A stretch of DNA of 64,000 nucleotides, taken from assembly GCA_016783665.1 (NCBI GenBank), contig JADHWC010000001.1, forward strand, positions 10,596 to 74,595, given 5' to 3'. Within the stretch, counting starts at the first letter, position 1. Every line of letters starts with the position of its first letter. This document shows positions 9,562 through 17,049 of the stretch, piece by piece. A program made the position numbers and the translations under genes. Below the pieces are notes generated by a model, which did no database searches, was not told where the DNA came from, and worked only from the letters and a program-made list of their open reading frames with translations. This DNA is from Fidelibacterota bacterium. GTDB taxonomy: Bacteria; Fidelibacterota; UBA2242.

Positions 9562-10368
9562 TTAATGTATTCCTATTTTGGAATTCATCACTGAAAAGAG
9601 ATTCTTATTCAGATAATCAAAGGTCTGTTTTATATCATAATCAATACCCTGACGTATCAAACCAGCAGTATCACTCCGGAAATCCGGATCTGAAATCTTA
9701 TCATGAACATTGTCAATATATTCTTCTTTTTGGATTGTTAATTCATTATGGCTAATAAATGCATCGAAAGCGTGTAATATGTTTTTCACATTGATGCTCT
9801 GATAATTCAGGCTATACCAGAGATCAAAAAGATCACGTCCCTTTTTTCGCTGAAATAATGCCCTCATTTTCGAGCCCAGTAGTTCTTCAATCGAATATGT
9901 AACCAGATTTCCCTGCCCGGTAAACCAGCGGGATTCAACTTTATAAGGCAGTGACTGGTAGCCAAATACTGTAAAATGCTCACGGCAATTGATTTCGATT
10001 TTTAAACGTAGTTGTTCTGTTGGAGGCGTTTCCGATTCAAAGCGATAGATCAGAGTAGTATTCCGCTTTTTTCGCTTACGAATCGGTTCACCGAGGTAAT
10101 GGAGCACTTCCCGAAACCGATCGATGGTCTCACCCACCGGTTCGGCGTTCATCTGAACCAGGTCAATATCTTCAGAATAGCGGGCTGCCGGTGGTAGAAA
10201 AAGCTTGTGTAAAGCAGTGCCGCCGCGAAAAGCTACTTTCTGACAGAGAATAGGGTCATTAAAAATATCAATTACCGCTCGGCTTATGATCAGGTCCTGC
10301 TCGATCATCTCTGGAGATCGCCACGGTGCGATACTGCGCCATGCATCTATAAAAGGCCGGGGAATCAT
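9562..10368 (-). CDS. abiEii: AbiEii/AbiGii-family nucleotidyltransferase toxin (DUF1814, type IV TA / abortive infection)
   Basis: 268 aa. Family hallmark FRGGTALHKLFLP...RYSEDIDLV. The ORF overlaps the upstream abiEi-like gene by 4 nt (ATGA), consistent with translational coupling. Confidence 0.7.
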   Translation of the reverse strand: MIPRPFIDAWRSIAPWRSPEMIEQDLIISRAVIDIFNDPILCQKVAFRGGTALHKLFLPPAARYSEDIDLVQMNAEPVGETIDRFREVLHYLGEPIRKRKKRNTTLIYRFESETPPTEQLRLKIEINCREHFTVFGYQSLPYKVESRWFTGQGNLVTYSIEELLGSKMRALFQRKKGRDLFDLWYSLNYQSINVKNILHAFDAFISHNELTIQKEEYIDNVHDKISDPDFRSDTAGLIRQGIDYDIKQTFDYLNKNLFSVMNSKIGIH

Positions 10369-11174
10369 AAATCCGTCTCAATTTGAGTATTCACGTTGAT
10401 CTTCCATCGGTTTCTGGATTTGCTGGAAGTTCCTTTCTTAGCGGTATGTAATAGATTATGACGTTTGATTTTGCTTTTTACAACTTCATACAATCTGTCT
10501 GCCAAAGACTGAAATTCCAATTCATATTCCATAAGATAACCGAGTCTTTGTATTACGGCAATCGGAATACTGTCGTCAATTACTTCATGGAACTTTGCCG
10601 GGTCTAAGACTTCACACAGTTCCTGGAGCATAGTTGCCACCCGGTTCATTCCACCAATGCGATTGACATAAAGTAACAGATCAATGGCAGTTAATTCCGG
10701 TGACGAGACATTGACATAACCGGTGAGGGTCTTTTTCTGGGCCAGACCAGCCGCAGGTATTTTCGATTTCACCATAAAGTTGATCTTGACTCCAGCTGCA
10801 AGTAATGGGCGCTGAACCGGTCTGACGGTAATTACATAGGATTCCTGGGGCCGCTGATGAGCTGCGCCATGCATTGCCGCCGCGCTTAAAAGCCCGACAT
10901 AATAGGGTTTCTCCAAATGATGCATTAAATCATCAATAAACTGGATGGCTGGAAGCACACCATGAGCGGAATATTCCGGCGGGATTATGATATAAAACCC
11001 TTTGTAAACCGAACGGGTGCGCCCCTTTTTCCGGAGTCGTTGCAATCCAATCTTAATGGCATTCTCTGACACCTTAAAATACGATTTCACCTCTGCTAAT
11101 GTAAAGGTATATCGTCCCTTAGACCGCAATTGGTCTATATATTTATCCAGATAATTATAACTTAAGTGTTCCAT
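10365..11174 (-). CDS. abiEi: AbiEi-family antitoxin / transcriptional regulator (N-terminal wHTH)
   Basis: 269 aa, immediately upstream of and overlapping the AbiEii gene. Basic wHTH-like N-terminus (FTLAEVKSYFKVSENAIKIGLQRLRKKGR). Length and position typical of AbiEi. Confidence 0.55.
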   Translation of the reverse strand: MEHLSYNYLDKYIDQLRSKGRYTFTLAEVKSYFKVSENAIKIGLQRLRKKGRTRSVYKGFYIIIPPEYSAHGVLPAIQFIDDLMHHLEKPYYVGLLSAAAMHGAAHQRPQESYVITVRPVQRPLLAAGVKINFMVKSKIPAAGLAQKKTLTGYVNVSSPELTAIDLLLYVNRIGGMNRVATMLQELCEVLDPAKFHEVIDDSIPIAVIQRLGYLMEYELEFQSLADRLYEVVKSKIKRHNLLHTAKKGTSSKSRNRWKINVNTQIETDL

Positions 11175-11427
11175 TTATCACCATATAACGTTTCGTTTGC
11201 GTAAAGTATCACTTTGTGACTATTATTGCAAATGAAATGTCATGTATCACAGAGAATAACAATTAAATTCACGATAACATACTCCATGTTAACGTGCGTT
11301 ACAAGTGTTAATATAAAGTGTTTTTATGCAATAGTTATCACGGAACGATAATTCCTGCAATAAATTACTCACGGAATCCATAGCCATTTATAACGCCTCG
11401 TTTGCAATACCTATAACATTGTGACCA

Positions 11428-11532
11428 TTAACGCAAACTGGACGGGACGGTTGCTTTAATGTTATATCTCTCGTCACGGAGCACGTTGCAATAGTTCCAG
11501 AGTTTCGATACTAATGTTGCTGCGTCGGTCAT
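11428..11532 (-). pseudogene. Remnant of an hsdM 5' end (first 20 codons) fused to unrelated sequence
   Basis: Nucleotides 11473-11532 are ~90% identical to 9500-9559, the true hsdM start. They would translate MTDAATLVSKLWNYCNVLRD versus MTDAAALVSKLWNYCNVLRD, followed by divergence and a stop after 34 codons. The ATG overlaps the KAP NTPase stop as ATGA. Confidence 0.6.
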
Positions 11533-13772
11533 TTAACATTTTCCTTGTTATTTTTATTTTCATCAGGATTAGTTATAGATTCTTTCTCTTTCAACATTGC
11601 TTTATAAAATGCCGCAAACTGAAAGGCGACTTTTTTATTATCATCAATATCTTGTGCTCCATAAAGCCAAGCCTTTTCAGCCTTGTCGAGTTTGTCTCCA
11701 TATATGGATTTCAGCTGTGTAAATAAAACTTGTGGATCGATTAATTTAATTATTTTATCGAATGTCTCTCTTCGAAAACTTACCTTGCCAGTCGTTCTAT
11801 TATTTAAATCATCAATAGTCGTAAGAAAAATCGATAAAAATATGACTACATTGTAATGATCCTTACTAAACGTTGAATGTAAATAGCGGGTAAGTTCTTC
11901 TTTGTCGCCCCAATTGTACCAGTACCAAATTAGTTCTTCTGCTTCTTTTCCATATTCAATATAAAATATTTTCGAACCAGAGATAGTTATTATTCTTGAT
12001 AACAATAGTGCATTTAACTCTTTTATCTGCTTATCTGACAACAAGGATTTATCCGGTTTACTTTTATCATCATTCGTGAGCTCATAAAAGCACTTAAGAG
12101 AATATGTTACAGGTTCACTTTTTTCTATAATATCTATAATGGTCGAATAAAATGCATCTTCGGTTTTAGCATTTAATAATAAATCGTGAATTAATGATGA
12201 TGCTAAATATTGTGGTGAGCGTAAAAAAGCAGATTCGCTTGAAGTTGGTAAAAGATCACCAATCTCTGACAGTGCTTTTGATAATTTCAATGAATTGTTG
12301 TTTTGCACCTTATCTTTATACGGCATGAGTTTAAAAAGTACTTTATTAACATTCTTTTTATCTACTATGAAACGTAGTTCTTTGACAATATCTTCTACTT
12401 CTAATTTAGGAATACTTGTTATAAAATTCTCTATAGTAGTATCTGATACATCATCTTTAGGAACAGAGTAACTAAAGTATCTCTGAAAATAATCTTTGGA
12501 TGCGATCCGTTTTTCCTTATACCATTCTTCACTCGCTGGATTTGAAATATCCATCTCTGAAAGAATGCTAGGTATTTGCGGAAATAGAAATGTGATTAAT
12601 GATTTGGCAGATGCATTTTCAATCTCATTGTATGATATTAATGCTTCATCAATTGTATTTTGAGCATTCTTCCTTAATTCTTGTGTTGATTCTAAAAATC
12701 CTCGCGTTCCAAGAAATAAGTTCGAATTATTCCTAATAGAATCATATAATTGAGGATAGAATACACGAATTGCTTCAATTAACAATAAATCTACAAGGTT
12801 CACTTCCCCCTTTAACACAGTAGCAGCAAAACGAATCACGTTTGCATATCTTTTACATAAACGGGGGGTAGTAATTCTCACAGAAAGATCATTTATAACA
12901 ATCTGCCAATAGGGCTGTAACATTTGTCGATTAAATGTAACATTTGAATCATATAAAGCATTATTCACTTCTAATTCAAAGAATTCTAATAGAGTAAACC
13001 TTGGAATTTGAGGCGCTTTAATAGGTATTTGTACAATCTTTTCTAAAAAACTATAACCAGCTTTTATATCGTCCTTATTATTACCGTATTTCTCTGTTAG
13101 TGCTGAAGCGACCATTCTATCATCAAATGCAAGAATATATATTAAATTATCGAATCCTGCTGTTAATTTAACTAACTTAAAAACTGCATGTATCTCATCC
13201 TTGTCGAGCCTGTCAATGTCATCCATAAAAATTACTACGCACTTCTTATTATCTCTAAGGATCCCTTCAAACTTCGTCTTTAAAGTGTCTGGATTATTGC
13301 CAGACATCATCCTACCAACCTTAGTAAGTGTTCCTCCAACGGGAATCGATACACCTGGCCCACTTATATCTAAAGGTAAAATGACTTCCGCGTATTTCTC
13401 AAGAATTTCACCAATCTTTTCTTTCCCCCCTAATTTAATATTTAATGTTTCCCTTAATACTGAGAAGAACATCATAATGAGTTGTTTGTCATCTTCAAAT
13501 CTCCAAGGATTGAATTTTATTGGAATAATAAATTCAGTCTCATTCAATGCGTATTCAATTAAATTTAGTATAGATGTTTTACCATCACCCCATGGTCCTA
13601 ATATACTTATGACCATATTACTGGTATCTTTTCTATTAATTATTGTTTGTGCTATCTTCTGTGCAAATGGCCAGCGATTGAATTTATCTTGTTTTGGGGT
13701 TTGAATTGGTAAATCGGATACATATTCAATTGGTTGAGTTATATTATCATCTTCCATAGAGTTAACCTGCAT
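11529..13772 (-). CDS. KAP-family P-loop NTPase
   Basis: 747 aa. Walker A ILGPWGDGKTS. Walker B hhhhDDIDR (VVIFMDDIDRL). Long helical C-terminal region typical of KAP NTPases. Markedly lower GC than the flanking hsdM and hsdR. Confidence 0.8.
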   Translation of the reverse strand: MQVNSMEDDNITQPIEYVSDLPIQTPKQDKFNRWPFAQKIAQTIINRKDTSNMVISILGPWGDGKTSILNLIEYALNETEFIIPIKFNPWRFEDDKQLIMMFFSVLRETLNIKLGGKEKIGEILEKYAEVILPLDISGPGVSIPVGGTLTKVGRMMSGNNPDTLKTKFEGILRDNKKCVVIFMDDIDRLDKDEIHAVFKLVKLTAGFDNLIYILAFDDRMVASALTEKYGNNKDDIKAGYSFLEKIVQIPIKAPQIPRFTLLEFFELEVNNALYDSNVTFNRQMLQPYWQIVINDLSVRITTPRLCKRYANVIRFAATVLKGEVNLVDLLLIEAIRVFYPQLYDSIRNNSNLFLGTRGFLESTQELRKNAQNTIDEALISYNEIENASAKSLITFLFPQIPSILSEMDISNPASEEWYKEKRIASKDYFQRYFSYSVPKDDVSDTTIENFITSIPKLEVEDIVKELRFIVDKKNVNKVLFKLMPYKDKVQNNNSLKLSKALSEIGDLLPTSSESAFLRSPQYLASSLIHDLLLNAKTEDAFYSTIIDIIEKSEPVTYSLKCFYELTNDDKSKPDKSLLSDKQIKELNALLLSRIITISGSKIFYIEYGKEAEELIWYWYNWGDKEELTRYLHSTFSKDHYNVVIFLSIFLTTIDDLNNRTTGKVSFRRETFDKIIKLIDPQVLFTQLKSIYGDKLDKAEKAWLYGAQDIDDNKKVAFQFAAFYKAMLKEKESITNPDENKNNKENVK

Positions 13773-15501
13773 TTAATTTGTTTATATGTTTTTTCCTCTC
13801 CAGCAACTCACTGGCAGGTTCACCTGCCTGCCGCGTCCGTCCGGCGGCTATCTCTCGCTTTAACCATTTGCGCCCAAAGCCGGTCTTTAAATCCTTTTCT
13901 CGTTTAACTGCTGCTTCACGTGTATTGAATTCTTCCCAATGAACAAGTTTAACCGGTGGATAATGTTTAGTCCAATCAGCACCTTTTCCTTGTATATGTT
14001 CTATCCAACGCTTCTCAATATCATTGGTCTGTCCGATATAGTGACTACCATTGGAACATTCGAATACATAAACGAACAAGCGATCAGGCCGCGGCGCAGG
14101 CAGGTCATTTGGATCCTGCGGCACCAACTTCCCCTCAAAGGCCCGCTTCAGGATAGACTGACGCAGGGATTGGGAACGCTTGAGTTCAGCGTAGATGATT
14201 TGTTCCGATTCATCAATTATTGAAAATAGTCTGTCTAATTCTTTAAGTATTACGTTTTGTTCATCAATTGGCAATAACGGTACAGGAATAGATTTTAGAT
14301 CCTTTACTCCTTTCACGTTAGGAATTGCTGAACCAGTGGAATTTGCAAATATTCTATTTTGGAAATACGGTGATCTAAATAATTGGATAAAAAAAGAATC
14401 ATTATATATATTTCTATTTATTCGTACTCTTAATAGAGCTTGATTTATTATTCCTTCTTGAAAATCATTAGGAATTTGAGTTATTCTACCCAAAGACACA
14501 CCAGAACAACTTATTAAAAAGTCACCTGCTCTTACAGCAAATGCTTTCATTTCTTGATATTTCATTTCATCAATGAAATAACGAGTAAAAGAACAATCAT
14601 CGTTTATTGGACAATATTGTTCATATACTTTATAGCCAGATTTTACAAACATTGATTTCTTTAAAGAGCTACCGAATGGTCCTCTTTTAAATGCTCCTTC
14701 ATCATTTGATAAAATATCTTCCCAAGTAGCCCACACCCACCCCTCAGGCAATTCCGGCAGATTGGAAGTATCAATTGGCTTGGGCGGCTTGTACTTCTTG
14801 CCCAGGCGCTGTTTGCGCTCTGCCTGAATCCGTTCCAGGAGTGCGGATGCCGGCTCAATCTGGTTTGCGTTTTCCCGTCTCCATTCTTCCGTGAGTTTGC
14901 CTTCCACAGCGGCCTTGAGAACTGATTGACGGTACTGCTTCAACAGGGCTTTGGCTCTCTGCAGGGCGTCAATACCGGCGTCAAATTTGGTGAAGAGTTC
15001 CTCGATCTTAGCAACGATGCGCTGCTGTTCGGGGAAGGGGGAAAGGGGAATTTCGAAATTGCCGAGTTCCCTTGTACTGATATTAGGTTGTGCAGCACCA
15101 TATGCATTTTTCAGAATGTCTCTTCTAATAATTGCTAAATAATGGTAAATATAGTCTTGAGTCACATATTTTTGATCTAATACTCGTAACCGACCAACAC
15201 GTTGATTGAGTAAGGATACCCTGTCAATTCGATATTTACCATATTTACCAGTTGTTGCACCTGAAAGAGCAATAACAATGTCATTTGGTTTTAATATAAA
15301 TTCTGGATAGGAATCAACATTTGTCTCATCCAAGTACACTGTTTTTTCATCGAAACTTACACACTCATTTTCTATGTTTGAGATTCGAAGCAATGGAATA
15401 CCAGATGATTTATAGTCCTTACTTTTAAAAGCATAACCACCACGAATTTCGCATATTTGATCAAAAGGTATTTGAGTCCAGTTGTTAGGTAATCTACTCA
15501 T
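13762..15501 (-). CDS. hsdS: Type I R-M specificity subunit HsdS with C-terminal YhbQ-like GIY-YIG nuclease domain (fusion)
   Basis: 579 aa. Two target-recognition domains separated by the conserved central helix (LFTKFDAGIDALQRAKALLKQYRQSVLKAAVEGKLT) and a distal conserved helix (LDRLFSIIDESEQIIYAELKRSQSLRQSILKRAFEGKLV). Residues ~474-545 (nt ~13867-14082) read FVYVFECSNGSHYIGQTNDIEKRWIEHIQGKGADWTKHYPPVKLVHWEEFNTREAAVKREKDLK, a GIY-YIG/URI domain of the YhbQ (COG2827) type. Confidence 0.85.
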   Translation of the reverse strand: MSRLPNNWTQIPFDQICEIRGGYAFKSKDYKSSGIPLLRISNIENECVSFDEKTVYLDETNVDSYPEFILKPNDIVIALSGATTGKYGKYRIDRVSLLNQRVGRLRVLDQKYVTQDYIYHYLAIIRRDILKNAYGAAQPNISTRELGNFEIPLSPFPEQQRIVAKIEELFTKFDAGIDALQRAKALLKQYRQSVLKAAVEGKLTEEWRRENANQIEPASALLERIQAERKQRLGKKYKPPKPIDTSNLPELPEGWVWATWEDILSNDEGAFKRGPFGSSLKKSMFVKSGYKVYEQYCPINDDCSFTRYFIDEMKYQEMKAFAVRAGDFLISCSGVSLGRITQIPNDFQEGIINQALLRVRINRNIYNDSFFIQLFRSPYFQNRIFANSTGSAIPNVKGVKDLKSIPVPLLPIDEQNVILKELDRLFSIIDESEQIIYAELKRSQSLRQSILKRAFEGKLVPQDPNDLPAPRPDRLFVYVFECSNGSHYIGQTNDIEKRWIEHIQGKGADWTKHYPPVKLVHWEEFNTREAAVKREKDLKTGFGRKWLKREIAAGRTRQAGEPASELLERKKHINKLNAG

Positions 15502-15520
15502 GCTGTCAGCGCCTCATTCA

Positions 15521-16669
15521 TCAGGCACAATTCCGTATTTCTTCCAGGTAGTTCTCAGCATAGTATTGATCCGGTATTGATTGTGAAACTATATCTTTTA
15601 GTCTGTTTAAGTAACTGGGAGACAAAAGATCATTATGCTGGAGGATACCAACGATGATCCCCGGATGGAGATGCAAATACTCAGCAGTATCATATATCAA
15701 TCTCTGCTGAATATAGCCAGTCTTCAATTCAAAGATGTCTATTATTGCCTTTGATTTTAGTAATTCAGATGCGAACTCGTTGGCTTCCTGTTCTGTCGTG
15801 CCTGCCTGGTTTCTCTCTTCCACGTTATCAATAAAGAAATCCTCCGCGGTATTCAGATGTCGCAGGACATGGGCGATTTCATGAGCAATTGTGAACCAAA
15901 AGTTGTCGTTACGATCATAGCGTTTAGTATATACGATGACAGGGTTTTCGCCGTCGAGAAATGAAGCGCCATCGGTATAGGTTTTTTGCAGATGACTGAG
16001 GACAAAGAATTTGACGCCGCATTGTTCAAGAGCACCGGTAAATGCCGCGATTCCATCATCCCGAACCGTATATGTGTGAATTTGTGAAGCCAGCAGTTTC
16101 AGGGCAGGTTTATCGTATTCCGACGATTCATATATTTTGGCGCTGCGCTGTGCCATTCGATACCAACATAGTGCATAATTGTTGTTAAAACGGCCATATG
16201 CTGAGGATTTACGAAATTGAGGTAAAAGTTTGTCATTGAAGAAATCAAAGGACAAATCCTGTGTATTCCAGAATCGCTGAACCTCTTTTACGAATTGTTC
16301 AAGATTGCTTCGTGCGCAAATCCAGTCCTTTTTAACCATCTCCTGAATCGGCATATACTTATAAATGTTGGCTTTCAGTTCAACCATAGCTTCTTTTTGC
16401 GATTCTTCTTGTAATTGGAGTCTGTACATCGAATCCAGATTCAGCCAGTACTGCGGAGATTGTCCAAAGGTTTTACTAAGCAGACGAGCGGTTTCCGGGG
16501 TAATGGATTGTTTGTTTTTAATAATCATGTTAATAGATTTGATATTCATGCCCAGAATATCAGCCAAATCTTCCTGGCGCCAACCCCGTTCATCTAACTC
16601 TTCCCGGATGAATTCGCCGGGACCAATGTTAATAAAAGGTTGCAGAGTATTGACCATTTTAATCACCAT
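15521..16669 (-). CDS. higA: HigA-like antitoxin: XRE-family HTH fused to ImmA/IrrE (COG2856) zinc metallopeptidase domain
   Basis: 382 aa. N-terminal HTH (EDLADILGMNIKSINMIIKNKQSITPETARLLSKTFG). HEXXH motif FTIAHEIAHVLRH plus downstream EQEANEFASELL, typical of ImmA/IrrE. Overlaps the upstream small toxin-like ORF by 11 nt. Confidence 0.75.
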   Translation of the reverse strand: MVIKMVNTLQPFINIGPGEFIREELDERGWRQEDLADILGMNIKSINMIIKNKQSITPETARLLSKTFGQSPQYWLNLDSMYRLQLQEESQKEAMVELKANIYKYMPIQEMVKKDWICARSNLEQFVKEVQRFWNTQDLSFDFFNDKLLPQFRKSSAYGRFNNNYALCWYRMAQRSAKIYESSEYDKPALKLLASQIHTYTVRDDGIAAFTGALEQCGVKFFVLSHLQKTYTDGASFLDGENPVIVYTKRYDRNDNFWFTIAHEIAHVLRHLNTAEDFFIDNVEERNQAGTTEQEANEFASELLKSKAIIDIFELKTGYIQQRLIYDTAEYLHLHPGIIVGILQHNDLLSPSYLNRLKDIVSQSIPDQYYAENYLEEIRNCA

Positions 16670-16970
16670 AATGCTTGGATATTTCTAATAGCGTTACTTT
16701 TTTGAAGATTTTATCTTTTACTTCCCATTCAACATCAAATTCGAGCCGCCACTGTTTATTAAGTCTGACCGAATAGCGGTTTTTAAATCCTTCGAGACGT
16801 TCAAAGTGCAGGGATTTTGAATTCCAAAGATCGTAAATTGTGTCAGAAGCCTCAAGCGACCTAACGCGCATCAAGAACTTTCTCTTGATTTCTTCTGTTA
16901 GTCTTGGCCTACGACATTTTCTTGATGTGTATAAATTTAATAGGTTTTTGTTCCCAAATTCGATATTCAA
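16659..16970 (-). CDS. higB: HigB/RelE-superfamily toxin-like protein (killer protein)
   Basis: 103 aa. C-terminal pattern LEGFKNRYSVRLNKQWRLEFDVEW...KVTLLEISKHY resembles HigB (…GxxxGxWSxRxNxxWRxxF…DYH). Directly upstream of the HTH-ImmA gene in the toxin-first order typical of higBA. Confidence 0.6.
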   Translation of the reverse strand: MNIEFGNKNLLNLYTSRKCRRPRLTEEIKRKFLMRVRSLEASDTIYDLWNSKSLHFERLEGFKNRYSVRLNKQWRLEFDVEWEVKDKIFKKVTLLEISKHYGD

Positions 16971-17017
16971 AAAGTACCTATAGTATATACGTTATTCGTA
17001 ACATTCGCAAGTTAATT

Positions 17018-17034
17018 ATTACGCCATACGTAAT
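17018..17034. promoter_or_regulatory. Inverted repeat ATTACG-N5-CGTAAT upstream of higB-like gene (candidate operator)
   Basis: Perfect 6-bp inverted repeat arms in the 79-nt gap between the hsdR stop and the higB-like start. A second small TACG-N5-CGTA repeat lies at 16988-17000. Confidence 0.25.
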
Positions 17035-17049
17035 ATTGTTAATCAGTAT

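Noticed and set aside
9560-9600. Possible extended homology between the abiEii 3' end and the KAP NTPase 3' end beyond the hsdM-start repeat
   Set aside because: Similarity is confined to AT-rich runs and the encoded C-termini are unrelated. Treated as compositional coincidence.
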